A stretch of 64,000 bases of DNA from an uncultured Actinomycetota bacterium. Lineage in GTDB: Bacteria; Actinomycetota; Acidimicrobiia; Spongiisociales; UBA4744. Within the stretch, counting starts at the first letter, position 1. The number at the start of each line of letters is the position of its first letter. The DNA lies in the NCBI GenBank assembly GCA_963707435.1, contig CAVPPF010000007.1:356900-420899 (forward strand). Direction: 5' to 3'. The notes below the pieces were generated by a model. It was not told the origin of the DNA. It did no database searches and worked only from the letters and a program-made list of their open reading frames with translations. The translations under genes and the position numbers were made by a program. This document shows, one piece after another, positions 18,264-28,941 of this stretch.

Positions 18264-19282
18264 GAGAAGATTTGCTGACCCCGGCGGCACTGCCGGACGA
18301 CGATGTCGTTGAGACCACGCTGCGTCCTCAGTCGATCGAAGAATTCGTCGGACAAGCCAAACTGAAGGAACGGCTGGCCATCTCGATCGAGGCGGCCCGC
18401 ACGCTGGGCCGTCCCCTCGACCACGTGCTGCTGTCCGGCCCGCCCGGATTGGGCAAGACCACCATGGCCGGCATTCTGGCCAACGAGATGGGATCCCGGC
18501 TGCGGATCACCTCGGGACCGGCACTGGAGCGCCCCGGCGACGTCGCTTCGATCCTGACCAATCTCGACAACGGCGACGTCTTCTTCATCGATGAGATTCA
18601 CCGCCTCCCGCGAGCCGTCGAAGAGGTTTTGTATCCGGCGATGGAGGACTTCCAGCTCGACATCGTGCTCGGCAAGGGTCCATCGGCTCAGTCGATCCGG
18701 CTGGACCTTCCGCACTTCACCCTGGTCGGCGCAACGACCAGGAAAGGCAAAGTCGCTGCGCCGCTTCGCGACCGGTTCGGCATCGTCGACAAGCTCGATT
18801 ACTACAGCCAGGACGAACTGGGCCGGATCGTGCGCCGCTCGGCCGCCATACTCGGAGTTGAGATCACGAACGACGGCGCCGACCTCATCGCCCTCCGCGG
18901 GCGCGGCACCCCCAGGATCGCCAACCGCTTGCTCGCCCGGGTCCGCGACTATGCGGTGGCGCGTGCGGACGGTATCGCGGATCACGAAACCGCCAGTGCG
19001 GCGCTCGAGGTGTTCGAGGTCGATGCTCTGGGTCTCGACAAAGTCGACCGGGATATCCTCGACGCGATCGTCGTGAAGTTCGGCGGGGGGCCGGTCGGTC
19101 TTTCGACCCTGGCCATCGTGGTCGGAGAAGAACCCGAGACGGTCGAAGACGCCTATGAGCCCTTTCTGCTCCAGAGCGGTCTGCTCAAGCGAACCCCGCG
19201 TGGCCGGGTTGCTACGCCGGCCGCCTATGCCCACCTCGGTCTCGAACCGCCCGCGAACCCGCAACAGACGCTGCTCGACTAG
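18260..19282 (+). CDS. ruvB: Holliday junction ATP-dependent DNA helicase
   Basis: [29 protein letters not shown] and winged-helix C-terminus. ATGA overlap with ruvA. Confidence 0.92.
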   Translation: MREDLLTPAALPDDDVVETTLRPQSIEEFVGQAKLKERLAISIEAARTLGRPLDHVLLSGPPGLGKTTMAGILANEMGSRLRITSGPALERPGDVASILTNLDNGDVFFIDEIHRLPRAVEEVLYPAMEDFQLDIVLGKGPSAQSIRLDLPHFTLVGATTRKGKVAAPLRDRFGIVDKLDYYSQDELGRIVRRSAAILGVEITNDGADLIALRGRGTPRIANRLLARVRDYAVARADGIADHETASAALEVFEVDALGLDKVDRDILDAIVVKFGGGPVGLSTLAIVVGEEPETVEDAYEPFLLQSGLLKRTPRGRVATPAAYAHLGLEPPANPQQTLLD

Positions 19283-19301
19283 ACGCCTACCCTGCCCTGT
19301 T

Positions 19302-20318
19302 GTGCAGACCTCCGACTTCTCCTACGTCCTGCCGGACGAGAAGATTGCGCAGCGGCCGATTGAGCCGCGCGACGCAGCCCGCCTGCTCGATACACGAGAC
19401 ATGACCGATCACGTATTCCGCGAGCTGGCCGACCTGCTCCGGCCCGGCGATCTCGTCGTCGTCAACAAGACCCGGGTCCGGGCGGCGCGCCTGCATGGCA
19501 GAAAACGGGACAGTGGGGGAGGGGTGGAAGTCCTTTTGCTGGGCCCTGTTGCAGGGTCTCGATGGAAGGCCCTCGTCAATCCCTCGCGGCGGATCAGGTC
19601 CGGTGTCGTGCTCGACCTCGGCGACCTCTCCGCACTGGTTGTGACCGCACATCCGGGCGGCGTGTTTGAACTCGACCTCGCTGCCGGAGAGGGATCCGAC
19701 ATCGAACGGCTGATAGCCCGGGACGGGGAAATGCCGCTGCCTCCCTACATCCGGGAACCCCTTCACGATCCTGAGCGATACCAGACGGTCTTTGCCGAGC
19801 GGGTGGGGTCGGCTGCGGCCCCGACGGCCGGACTGCATTTCACGGACCGGGTCGTTCGGTCGCTGGAAGCGAGAGGCATCGGGATGGCCGCCGTCGAACT
19901 GGAGGTCGGGCTCGATACGTTCCGGCCGATCGGCGTGGAGAACATCGCCGACCACGTCATGCACACCGAGCGCTATGCGGTGCCTGCCGAAACCGCTGCT
20001 GCCATCGCCGGAACCCGTCGCGAGGGAGGTCGGATCGTTGCGGTCGGGACGACGGTGGTCCGAACCCTCGAATCGGCTTTCGACGGGGGACAGGTCGCGT
20101 TCGGGAATGGGTCAACCGGCTTGTTCATCACCCCCGGCTACCGTTTCGGCGTGGTGGATCTGCTGGTGACCAATTTCCATGTCCCCGCCTCAACGCTGGT
20201 GGTGCTGCTCGCCGCTTTCATGGGACCCGGGTGGCGGACCTCCTACGCTGCCGCGCTGCAGCGGAACTACCGGTTTCTGTCGTTCGGCGACGCAATGCTG
20301 GCGGAGCGCCACTCGTGA
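19302..20318 (+). CDS. queA: S-adenosylmethionine:tRNA ribosyltransferase-isomerase
   Basis: VQTSDFSYVLPDEKIAQRPIEPRDAARLL...FITPGYRF..VDLLVTNFHVPASTL matches QueA. GTG at 19302; the upstream extension overlapping ruvB is rejected. Confidence 0.85.
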   Translation: MQTSDFSYVLPDEKIAQRPIEPRDAARLLDTRDMTDHVFRELADLLRPGDLVVVNKTRVRAARLHGRKRDSGGGVEVLLLGPVAGSRWKALVNPSRRIRSGVVLDLGDLSALVVTAHPGGVFELDLAAGEGSDIERLIARDGEMPLPPYIREPLHDPERYQTVFAERVGSAAAPTAGLHFTDRVVRSLEARGIGMAAVELEVGLDTFRPIGVENIADHVMHTERYAVPAETAAAIAGTRREGGRIVAVGTTVVRTLESAFDGGQVAFGNGSTGLFITPGYRFGVVDLLVTNFHVPASTLVVLLAAFMGPGWRTSYAAALQRNYRFLSFGDAMLAERHS

Positions 20319-21430
20319 CCGCACCTGTGTTCCACCGGACGGATGCCACCGATGGGCTCGCCCGGCGCGGGGTACTCACCACTCCGCACGGAGAAGTGGC
20401 GACGCCTGCCTTCATGCCGGTCGGAACCCGGGCGGCGGTGCGGGCCGTCGATTCGCGGGATCTCATAGAGGTCGGTGCGCGGATGGTGCTGGCCAACACG
20501 TACCACCTGATGCTGCGACCCGGAGCCCGGGAAATCGCCGAACTCGGCGGGTTGCACTCCTTCATGGGGTGGAACGGTGCCATGCTCACGGATTCCGGCG
20601 GCTATCAGGTGTTCTCGCTGGAACCCCGCATCGACGAGGAGGGAGCTGCGTTCCGCTCCACGTACGATGGGAACCCGGTGAAGCTCACGCCCGAGGACGC
20701 GGTCAGGATCCAGGAGGATCTCGGTGCGGACGTGGCGATGGTGCTCGATGTATGCATCGGCCTACCCGCACCCCGTCCCGACGTCGAAGCGGCGATGGAC
20801 CGCACGCTGCGGTGGGCGGCCCGGTCGCTGGCCGTCCATGATCGACCGGACCAGGCATTGTTCGGGATCGTTCAGGGCGGGACCGACGATGAGCTGCGCG
20901 CCCGCAGTGCGGCGGCCACGGCGGCGCTGGGATTCGCTGGATTCGGGATTGGGGGCCTGTCCGTCGGGGAGTCGGCCGAGGACCGAAACCGGGCGCTCGA
21001 GGCCGTGGTTGCGGAACTCCCTCCCGACAAGCCCCGGTACACGATGGGTCTCGGGGATTCAGAAGGAGTCCTGGACGCGGTAGCGCGCGGCATCGACCTC
21101 TTCGATTGCGTGTGGCCGACCCGTCTCGCCCGCCACGGCCGGGTTCTCACCCCGGACGGGGATTTCAATTTGAAGCGATCCGAACACCGTATGTCTGGAA
21201 TCCCGCTGCAGGAAGGCTGTCCCTGCCTGACCTGCTCGACGTACACCCGCGCCTACCTCCGGCATCTTCTCAACACCCGCGAACTCAGCATCCATCGCCT
21301 GCTCACGGTGCACAATCTCACCTACACACTCCGGCTCATGGACGATGTGCGTGCGGCCATCGGGGCAGGCCGCTTTGCCGAGTTCCATGCCGCAACCGTC
21401 GAGCGAAGACTTTCACCCCGCCCGGATTAG
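20315..21430 (+). CDS. tgt: queuine tRNA-ribosyltransferase
   Basis: TPAFMPVGT..LANTYHLMLRPG..LTDSGGYQVFSL...zinc motif CPCLTCSTYTRAYLRHL. GTG overlaps the queA stop. Confidence 0.88.
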   Translation: MTAPVFHRTDATDGLARRGVLTTPHGEVATPAFMPVGTRAAVRAVDSRDLIEVGARMVLANTYHLMLRPGAREIAELGGLHSFMGWNGAMLTDSGGYQVFSLEPRIDEEGAAFRSTYDGNPVKLTPEDAVRIQEDLGADVAMVLDVCIGLPAPRPDVEAAMDRTLRWAARSLAVHDRPDQALFGIVQGGTDDELRARSAAATAALGFAGFGIGGLSVGESAEDRNRALEAVVAELPPDKPRYTMGLGDSEGVLDAVARGIDLFDCVWPTRLARHGRVLTPDGDFNLKRSEHRMSGIPLQEGCPCLTCSTYTRAYLRHLLNTRELSIHRLLTVHNLTYTLRLMDDVRAAIGAGRFAEFHAATVERRLSPRPD

Positions 21431-21490
21431 TGGCTACCATGTCGTTTGGCCCGCGCCGTGCGGGCTGCCATTTCGAAGAGGGTGTTTTCC

Positions 21491-21784
21491 GTGATCCTTT
21501 TGCAGACTGATGTTGCCGCCGGGAACCAGTATTCATCGCTGATCTTCCTTGCTCTTCTCGTAGCGATGTTCTACTTCCTGCTCATTCGCCCCCAGCGAAC
21601 CAGGGCCAAGAAGCAAGCGGAGATGTCGGCCGGCCTCCAAATCGGCGATCGTGTGCAGACGTTCGGCGGCGTGCACGGCATCGTGGACTCTCTGGATGAC
21701 GACTCGGTCGTGCTTCGGCTCGAGGACGGCAAGATGCGCATCTCCCGCAGAGCCATCGGGTCCAAGATCAGCGACCAGGACTGA
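21491..21784 (+). CDS. yajC: preprotein translocase subunit YajC
   Basis: LIFLALLVAMFYFLLIRPQRTRAKKQAEM..GDRVQTFGGVHGIV matches YajC. GTG at 21491 follows GAAGAGGG; the ATG at 21446 has no RBS. Confidence 0.75.
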   Translation: MILLQTDVAAGNQYSSLIFLALLVAMFYFLLIRPQRTRAKKQAEMSAGLQIGDRVQTFGGVHGIVDSLDDDSVVLRLEDGKMRISRRAIGSKISDQD

Positions 21785-21786
21785 AC

Positions 21787-23343
21787 GTGCGACGGCACCT
21801 CATTCCACTGCTGGTCGTGCTGGCGATCGCCTGGGGAGGCGTTGCGACTGCGCTGGCATTCGGTATCACCCCGGTGCTCGGCCTCGACCTCAAAGGCGGC
21901 ACGTCGGTGACGCTGCGGGCTCCCGACGGCACCGATCCCGAGGTGCTCCAGAAGGCCGTCGAAGTCATGCAGCGAAGGATCGAGAGCTTTGGAAGCGTCC
22001 AGGAGCCCGAGATCCAGATCTCCGGCGACTACAACGTCATCGTGCAGCTGCCCGGAGTCACCGACCGCGAGCGCGCCCTCGACGCCATCGGCCAGACGGG
22101 TGAGTTGTCCTTTCGACCCGTTCTCGAGTCGAGCTTTCTCGTCAGCCCCCTCCTCATTCCCGAGGTCACGCAACCGACCACCACCACCGTTGCCGGCGAC
22201 ACCACCACAACGACTGCCGGCGATGAGGCCACCACCACGACCGAACCGGCAACGACCACGACTACCACCTTCCCGCCGGGGGTTGATCCCGACACCGGTT
22301 TGACCATCGAGGATGATCCGACCCGCGAAGCATGGCTGCCGGAGTACGCCGACGACGGGACCGTCCTGCAGGTGTATCACGTTGGCCCTTCGCGGCTGAG
22401 CGGAGCCGATCTCGACAGCGCTCTGGCAGGGTTTGCAGGCGGGACGAGCTCGATTGCCCAATGGCAGGTGCAACTCGACCTCTCGAGTGAAGGCGCGGAC
22501 AAGTTCCAGGAACTGACGAAGCAGGCAGCTTCGTACCCGATCGGTGATGTGCGCAGGCAAATCGCCATCGTGCTCGATGGTGAAGTGGTCTCGGCACCGC
22601 AAGTCAACAACGATGTTGACCCGAACGTCGGCATTGCCGGCGGCTCTGCTGTGATCACGATGGGCACCGGAGAGAACCAGCAGCAGGAAGCTCAGGACCT
22701 GGCGGTCGTGCTCCGTTACGGTTCCCTGCCCGTGTCGTTTGAGCGCGACCAGGTACAAAACGTGTCGGCCACGCTCGGCGCCGACTCGCTCAATGCAGGC
22801 CTGGTGGCCGGAGCGGGAGGTTTGATCCTGGTTGCTCTGGCCGTTGTTCTGTACTACCGGTCGCTCGGCCTGGTGACCGTGATCGGCCTGAGCGTCTTCG
22901 GGTCGCTGCTCCTCCTGGTCATCGGACTGTTGAGCCGGTACATCGGCACAACGCTCACCCTGGCCGGAGTGACGGGAATCATCGTCTCGATCGGTATCAC
23001 CGCCGACTCGTACATCGTGTTCTTTGAACGCATCAAGGAAGAAATCAGGGCCAAGCGATCGCTCAATGCAGCCATCGAAGAAGGCTTCGCACGAGCGTTT
23101 CACACCATCGTTACGGCCGATACGGTCTCGTTGCTCGCCGCGATTCTCTTGTGGTTGCTCGCCGTCGGTCCGGTGAAGGGCTTCGCCCTCACGCTGGGGA
23201 TCGCCACCGTCCTGGACATCATCGTGGCCTACTACTTCACCAAGAACGCAGTCTGGATCATCGGCCGCACCCGGCTGGGGCACGGTGGATGGTTCAGTAT
23301 CGAAGGAGCCAGCGGCCGCAAGGTTCGTGAGGCGACATCATGA
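21787..23343 (+). CDS. secD: protein translocase subunit SecD
   Basis: LGLDLKGGTSVTL and SecD/SecF C-terminal 6-TM RND-like domain. Contains a Thr-rich insert TQPTTTTVAGDTTTTTAGDEATTTTEPATTTTTTFPPG. Confidence 0.9.
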   Translation: MRRHLIPLLVVLAIAWGGVATALAFGITPVLGLDLKGGTSVTLRAPDGTDPEVLQKAVEVMQRRIESFGSVQEPEIQISGDYNVIVQLPGVTDRERALDAIGQTGELSFRPVLESSFLVSPLLIPEVTQPTTTTVAGDTTTTTAGDEATTTTEPATTTTTTFPPGVDPDTGLTIEDDPTREAWLPEYADDGTVLQVYHVGPSRLSGADLDSALAGFAGGTSSIAQWQVQLDLSSEGADKFQELTKQAASYPIGDVRRQIAIVLDGEVVSAPQVNNDVDPNVGIAGGSAVITMGTGENQQQEAQDLAVVLRYGSLPVSFERDQVQNVSATLGADSLNAGLVAGAGGLILVALAVVLYYRSLGLVTVIGLSVFGSLLLLVIGLLSRYIGTTLTLAGVTGIIVSIGITADSYIVFFERIKEEIRAKRSLNAAIEEGFARAFHTIVTADTVSLLAAILLWLLAVGPVKGFALTLGIATVLDIIVAYYFTKNAVWIIGRTRLGHGGWFSIEGASGRKVREATS

Positions 23344-24389
23344 GCATCTTCGGCCGACTGTATCGGGGTGAAACCAACTTCGACTTCATCGGAGCCCGCC
23401 GTATCTTCTTCAGGATCTCGGCGTTGCTGCTGCTTGCCTCAGTTCTGAGTCTGGCAATTCGGGGTTTGAACCTCAGCCTGGACTTCCGCGGCGGTGTCGC
23501 CGTCGAAGCAATAAACCCGGCCGGCGCCGATGTAGCGGACGTGCGGGCTGCGCTTGCCCCCCTGGGGCTCGATGATGCTCGCATTCAAGTCCTGGCCGAC
23601 GGGCAGGAGTTCAGGGTTCAGACGGAAGCGCTCGATTCCGATGCGGCAGACGCCTTCGTGCGCGCCGTCGCCGCCGTCGCCGGCACCGAGGTTTCTGAGA
23701 CCAGCGTCGACGAGGTGGGCCCGACCTTCGGAGCCCAGATCGCCGAACGGGCCGTATTGGCGCTGGTCGTCTTCCTGGGCGCCGTGATCCTGTTCATGTC
23801 CTGGCGGCTCGAATGGAAGATGGCGCTCAGCGGGATTGCCGCCCTCTTCCACGATCTCCTCATAACGTTCGGCGTCTACTCGATCACCGGGTTTGAAGTC
23901 ACACCGGCAACGATCATCGCCGTGCTGACGATTCTCGGCTACAGCCTGTACGACACCGTGGTTGTCTTCGACAAGGTGCAGGAGAACGTCGAGTCGGCGG
24001 ACCGGGTGACGTTCACCGACATCGTCAACCGGTCGATGAACCAGGTGCTGATGAGATCGGTGAACACGTCGCTGACCAGCCTCCTCCCGGTCGGCAGCCT
24101 CCTGTTTGTCGGTTCGTTCCTCCTGGGAGCACGGACGTTGCTCGAGTTCGCGCTGGCTCTCTTTGTCGGAATTGCGATCGGGACCTATTCATCCGTGGCT
24201 GTGGCCTCGCCGCTGCTGGCGAACTGGAAAGAACGTGAAGATGAGTGGATTCGGATTCGCAAACGGCTCGCCAGGGTGTCCGAGGATGCCGTGCGGACGG
24301 CTCCGCAGGCGCAACCGACCGCCCAGGCGGCTCGTCCCCGCAATGTGACCGGAGCGACTCCGCGGCCGCCCAAGAAGCGTCGGCGCTAG
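23340..24389 (+). CDS. secF: protein translocase subunit SecF
   Basis: LDFRGG..., TM bundle, ATGA-coupled to secD, basic C-tail. Confidence 0.9.
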   Translation: MSIFGRLYRGETNFDFIGARRIFFRISALLLLASVLSLAIRGLNLSLDFRGGVAVEAINPAGADVADVRAALAPLGLDDARIQVLADGQEFRVQTEALDSDAADAFVRAVAAVAGTEVSETSVDEVGPTFGAQIAERAVLALVVFLGAVILFMSWRLEWKMALSGIAALFHDLLITFGVYSITGFEVTPATIIAVLTILGYSLYDTVVVFDKVQENVESADRVTFTDIVNRSMNQVLMRSVNTSLTSLLPVGSLLFVGSFLLGARTLLEFALALFVGIAIGTYSSVAVASPLLANWKEREDEWIRIRKRLARVSEDAVRTAPQAQPTAQAARPRNVTGATPRPPKKRRR

Positions 24390-24443
24390 GCGCCTGGGAA
24401 CAGCTGATCGTCCGGATTCCCGGGCCGATGTACAATCCTCCAG

Positions 24444-24971
24444 GTGCATACACCTACCTACGCTGAGCTGGTCCGAGACGTACCCGACTTTCCCTCGCCC
24501 GGGATCCTGTTCAAGGACATAACTCCCGTGCTGGCCGAACGCTCGGCCTTCACGGCCCTGGTCGACGATCTGGCCGAACCCTTTGCGGGGAGAATCGACA
24601 AGGTTGCAGGGATCGAAGCCCGCGGTTTCATCCTCGCCACCCCGGTGGCCGAGGCTCTCCGTACCGGTTTTATACCCATTCGCAAGCCGGGCAAGCTCCC
24701 CTGGCGAGTCGTCCGGGAGGAGTATGAGCTCGAGTACGGTCGGGATGCGCTCGAGATCCACGAGGACGCTGTAGATCCTGGAGATCGAGTCCTCGTGGTC
24801 GATGATGTCCTCGCCACGGGTGGTACTGCTGCTGCCGCCGTCCGCCTGCTGCGGCACCTCGGAGCGGAAGTCGTCGGGGTTGCCGTGTTCCTCGAGCTCG
24901 GGTTCCTCGACGGGAGGTCGGCGTTGCAGGATGTCGAACTGCACTCGCTGGTGAACTATGACGGCGGCTGA
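24444..24971 (+). CDS. apt: adenine phosphoribosyltransferase
   Basis: FPSPGILFKDITPVL..VLVVDDVLATGGTAAAA is the PRPP-binding motif. Confidence 0.9.
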   Translation: MHTPTYAELVRDVPDFPSPGILFKDITPVLAERSAFTALVDDLAEPFAGRIDKVAGIEARGFILATPVAEALRTGFIPIRKPGKLPWRVVREEYELEYGRDALEIHEDAVDPGDRVLVVDDVLATGGTAAAAVRLLRHLGAEVVGVAVFLELGFLDGRSALQDVELHSLVNYDGG

Positions 24972-27150
24972 GCCGGCGATTCGAGCCGACGATGCCGTCG
25001 TAGCCGAACTGGCGCCGATCCTGGCCGCCTTTCGAACCCACTATCCGGCCGCCGCCGAGTCGACCATCCACGAGGCGTACGCCCTCAGCCAGAAGATGCA
25101 TCTCGGGCAGTTTCGCAAGTCGGGCGAGCCGTACATCAGCCACCCGCTGGCAGTAACCCAGATCCTCGCCGAGTACGGGCTGGACGGCGACACTCTGGCG
25201 GCGGCGTTGCTGCACGACACCGTCGAAGACACCGAAATCACCCTCGAAGACGTTGAAGCTGCGTTTGGGCCGGAAGTAGCTCGGATGATCGACGGCGTCA
25301 CCAAGCTGGATCGCATTCGATTCGGCACCCGGGAGGAAGCCCAGGCAGCCACCATCCGGAAGATGGTCGTGGCGATGGCGCAGGATGTCCGCGTGCTTCT
25401 CATCAAGCTGGCCGACCGGCTGCACAATCTCCGGACCATCGATCCGTTGCCAACCGAGAAGCAGGAGCGGATTGCCAGAGAGACCCTCGAGGTCTACGCG
25501 CCGCTGGCACACCGGCTGGGGGTGCAAGAGATCAAACACGAAATGGAGGATCGCTGTTTTGCGATCCTCTACCCGAAACGGAACCTCGAAATCGACACGC
25601 TGCTGCAACAGCGGGCTCCCGAACGCGATGCGCAGATACGTACGGCAGTCGACCACGTCGAGACCTTGCTGCGTGAGGCGGCGATACGTGCGGACGTCAC
25701 CGGTCGGCCGAAACACCACTACTCCATCTACCGGAAGATGGTGACGACCGGATTGCCGTTTGAGAAGATCCACGACCTGATCGGGATCCGGGTCATCGTC
25801 GACGATGTCCGCGATTGCTATGCGGCGCTCGGCCTCATCCACTCCGTGTGGCCGCCCGTCCACGGGCGTTTCAAGGACTACATCGCCATGCCCAAATTCA
25901 ACCTCTACCAGAGCTTGCACACCACCGTCATCGGCCCGGACGGCAAGCCGCTCGAAGTACAGATGCGAACCGAAGAAATGCACCACAGAGCCGAGTTCGG
26001 TATCGCGGCTCACTGGCGGTACAAGGAGGGAATCTCGGACGAAGACCTGCCGTGGATGGCAGATCTTCGTTTCCTGCAGGACGAGTACGCGGACCCGAAC
26101 GAGTTCCTGGCCAGTCTGAAACTCGATCTCTACCAGGACGAAGTGTTCGTGCTCACGCCCGGCGGCGACGTCAAGACCTTGCCGCGCGGAGCGACCCCCG
26201 TCGACTTCGCGTACACGGTCCACACCGAAGTTGGACATCGCTGTGTCGGCGCCAAAGTCAACGGCCGTCTGGTCACGCTCGGTACCCGCTTGGAGTCGGG
26301 CGATATCGTTGAGATCGTCACCTCAAAGGCCCAGGACGCGGGACCCAGCCAGGATTGGCTGACCTTTGTTCGGACCACTCGCGCCAAAGCCAAGATCCGG
26401 CAGTGGTTCACCAAAGAGCGCCGGGAGGCGGCGCTGACCGACGGGCGCGAACAAGTTCTCGGTGCGTTGCGCAAGGAGCGGCTGGGACTATCGGCGGCCG
26501 GCCGTGACGTGCTGCTCACCAAGGTCGGAGAGCAGCTCGGGCTGCCCGACCTGGACGCCGTGTTCGTGGCCGTCGGGGAAGGCACCATTGCAGCCGCAAC
26601 CGTCGCCGGCCGGGTCACGAGGCTCGCCCGGCCCGAGGAGACCCTTGCAGATGAAGTGCTGCCGGAGATCCCACGGGAGCGCCCCACCCATACCGGGACC
26701 GGGGTGATCGTGGAGGGCCTGGACGATGTGTGGGTGCGCATCGCTCGTTGTTGTGCCCCCGTGCCGGGCGACGACATCGTCGGTTTTGTCACCGTGGGTC
26801 GGGGTGTCTCCGTTCACCGGTCGGACTGCACCAACGTCGAGGCGATGGGGGATCGGACCGAGCGGATGATCGAGGTCGCCTGGGCGCCCGACCGGGTCGG
26901 TCGATTCTCGGTGTGGATACAGGTGGAGGCGCTCGATCGCCCAAAACTGCTTCGTGACGTCACTTCGCTCATCTCCGACGTCGGCGGCAATATCCTGGCT
27001 TCTTCTTCATCGGTCGGCCGGGACCTGGTGGCCATGCTCCGCTACGAAATCGAGCTGGGTGATCCCGGCCAGGTCGACACCATGGTGAATTCCTTGCGAG
27101 GCGTGGATTCCGTTTTCGATGCCTATCGATTGGTGCCTCGCTCCACGTAG
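24958..27150 (+). CDS. relA: bifunctional (p)ppGpp synthetase/hydrolase RelA/SpoT
   Basis: HD domain HPLAVTQILAEYGLDGDTLAAALLHDTVEDT, synthetase domain (..YRKMVTTGLPFEKIHDLIGIRVIV.., ..QSLHTTVIGPDGKPLEVQMRTEEMH..), TGS and ACT C-terminal domains. Confidence 0.92.
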   Translation: MTAAEPAIRADDAVVAELAPILAAFRTHYPAAAESTIHEAYALSQKMHLGQFRKSGEPYISHPLAVTQILAEYGLDGDTLAAALLHDTVEDTEITLEDVEAAFGPEVARMIDGVTKLDRIRFGTREEAQAATIRKMVVAMAQDVRVLLIKLADRLHNLRTIDPLPTEKQERIARETLEVYAPLAHRLGVQEIKHEMEDRCFAILYPKRNLEIDTLLQQRAPERDAQIRTAVDHVETLLREAAIRADVTGRPKHHYSIYRKMVTTGLPFEKIHDLIGIRVIVDDVRDCYAALGLIHSVWPPVHGRFKDYIAMPKFNLYQSLHTTVIGPDGKPLEVQMRTEEMHHRAEFGIAAHWRYKEGISDEDLPWMADLRFLQDEYADPNEFLASLKLDLYQDEVFVLTPGGDVKTLPRGATPVDFAYTVHTEVGHRCVGAKVNGRLVTLGTRLESGDIVEIVTSKAQDAGPSQDWLTFVRTTRAKAKIRQWFTKERREAALTDGREQVLGALRKERLGLSAAGRDVLLTKVGEQLGLPDLDAVFVAVGEGTIAAATVAGRVTRLARPEETLADEVLPEIPRERPTHTGTGVIVEGLDDVWVRIARCCAPVPGDDIVGFVTVGRGVSVHRSDCTNVEAMGDRTERMIEVAWAPDRVGRFSVWIQVEALDRPKLLRDVTSLISDVGGNILASSSSVGRDLVAMLRYEIELGDPGQVDTMVNSLRGVDSVFDAYRLVPRST

Positions 27151-27288
27151 CAAACACGTCAAGAAACGGGGGCGGTTGGCCGATGGATTTGCATGGCACA
27201 TGTCCGCGCCCGGCGACGCATAACTAGTCAGTGTGAGTTTCTCAAGATAGCTATGCGCTTTCGGCCCCGGAGAGCCGATGCATACTCC

Positions 27289-28941
27289 ATGGAGAAGATC
27301 ACGAATCGTCTACGGAGAGATGATGGGTTCACGCTGGTGGAAGCGCTGGCCGCGCTTTCGCTCCTGAGTATTGCCATCATCCTCACCGTCACTCCCGTGT
27401 TGGCCGGCTTCGACGTGCTCAGCGAAGCCAAGCTGGCCACCATCGCCTCCAATCTTGCGCAAGGCCGGGTAGAAGAACTCCGTTCGCTCGAATACGAGGA
27501 AATCGGATTCCCGCTGGGGGTACCGGAAGGCGTGCTCCAGGCGAGTGAGACCGTGACGGCACAGAACATCGACTTCATCGTCACGACCGACGTCAAGTAT
27601 TTCGGGAGCATCAACGCCGGTGAAGACGTGGTACCCCAGGGTGGAGACGGCGTGGAGGGCCTGCCCGACATGGGCATCGACTACAAAGAGGTCACCGTCA
27701 CCGTCAGCCACCACGCCGGAGCCGTCAGGCCGGTCGTGATGCAAACCATCATCGCGCCTCCCAACATCGCCGCACACGAGGGCAAAGCCAACGTGATCGT
27801 CGAGCTGATCAAGGAAGAACCGGTCACCAAACCTCCGAGCCCGGTCGGCTACCCGCAGGTCGTGCTGGTTAAAGACACCGCTTTCTACCCCTTCACCGGT
27901 TCCCCCGGCCAGACGCAGACATTCGCCGGTGTGCCGGCCAACGAGAGCGGAGCAACCGATTACTACTACTACGCCCGCCTGGGCGCGACCCAGACCTCCT
28001 ATGAGGCCAACGGCTGGCGGATCCATCCGACGGATATCGATATCGAAACCGATCGGGTGCACATGGGTCCCACCGAGACGGCCAACGTTCCTGTCCGGAT
28101 CTACCGGCCGGCTGAGATTCTCGTGGAGTTGTTCGACGATGCAACGCTGCTCCCCGTTTGGGTTGGCGCTGAACTGACTCTGGTTTATGAGGGCACGCCC
28201 TACTCCTTCGACACCGGCGATCCCGAGTGGACGGGAACCGCTTTCTCGATCACCGAGATCGACGGAGCTCCCGTGGTGCCCGGCACCTACGATATGACCG
28301 CAACCGCCCTCGGATACAGCCTCGAGACCAGAGCCGATATCGTGATCCCCGAGGACTACCCGACGGACGTCATCCACGAAGAGGCCTTCTACCTGGAGCT
28401 GTCGACCGATGCTTTCCTGGAAGTCCAGGTGGTCGACGGTTCCGGGACCCCGATCGCCGGGGCCAGTGTGACGATCGACGCCGAGTTCGAAGCGCCGTTC
28501 ACGCTCGTCACCGACAGCAACGGCTTTGTTGACTATTCGTGGTCCTACGACAATTTCGACGTGGTCATCGATGTCATCTCGCCGCACGGACACGATCCGG
28601 GCAGCGACTTCGTGGCCAACATCAACGGCCTCAACTCCCGGGTCGTCACCCTGACGGCACCGGCCAACACCGGCGTGATCACGTTCCATGAGGATCAGCC
28701 CTACCGGGTCCAGTACTTCCGCTACCGCCCGGATGGAGGTGCACCGGATGACTGGACGGACGTGTCCCCCAACGCTTCGGGAGAAGCGTCGGTCACCGTC
28801 GCCGCCGGATGGTGGGACGTGCGCAAGGTCTGTACGGCCCTGCGGCCAAACGGCAACCCGAGAACCCGGAACGCCACGGTGTTCGTGAGCACCGGCGGCA
28901 ACGTCTTCTGGTCGTCCTCCACGGACTGCCCGAAACCATGA
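27289..28941 (+). CDS. large prepilin-type (class III signal peptide) minor-pilin-like protein with C-terminal carboxypeptidase-regulatory-like domain
   Basis: MEKITNRLRRDDG|FTLVEALAALSLLSIAIILTV is a prepilin leader with Gly-1 and Glu+5 before a hydrophobic helix. Later ..VVDGSGTPIAGASVTIDAEFEAPFTLVTDSNGFVDYSW resembles a CarboxypepD_reg / Cna-B-like beta-sandwich. Start 27289 chosen over 27193 and 27253 for leader length; weak RBS. Confidence 0.55.
   Translation: MEKITNRLRRDDGFTLVEALAALSLLSIAIILTVTPVLAGFDVLSEAKLATIASNLAQGRVEELRSLEYEEIGFPLGVPEGVLQASETVTAQNIDFIVTTDVKYFGSINAGEDVVPQGGDGVEGLPDMGIDYKEVTVTVSHHAGAVRPVVMQTIIAPPNIAAHEGKANVIVELIKEEPVTKPPSPVGYPQVVLVKDTAFYPFTGSPGQTQTFAGVPANESGATDYYYYARLGATQTSYEANGWRIHPTDIDIETDRVHMGPTETANVPVRIYRPAEILVELFDDATLLPVWVGAELTLVYEGTPYSFDTGDPEWTGTAFSITEIDGAPVVPGTYDMTATALGYSLETRADIVIPEDYPTDVIHEEAFYLELSTDAFLEVQVVDGSGTPIAGASVTIDAEFEAPFTLVTDSNGFVDYSWSYDNFDVVIDVISPHGHDPGSDFVANINGLNSRVVTLTAPANTGVITFHEDQPYRVQYFRYRPDGGAPDDWTDVSPNASGEASVTVAAGWWDVRKVCTALRPNGNPRTRNATVFVSTGGNVFWSSSTDCPKP

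Noticed and set aside
27210-27240. TGGCAC-N9-GC sequence upstream of the minor-pilin locus, resembling a sigma-54 -24/-12 promoter
   Set aside because: Spacing is one base short of the GG-N10-GC rule, and Actinobacteria are not known to encode RpoN. Treated as coincidence.
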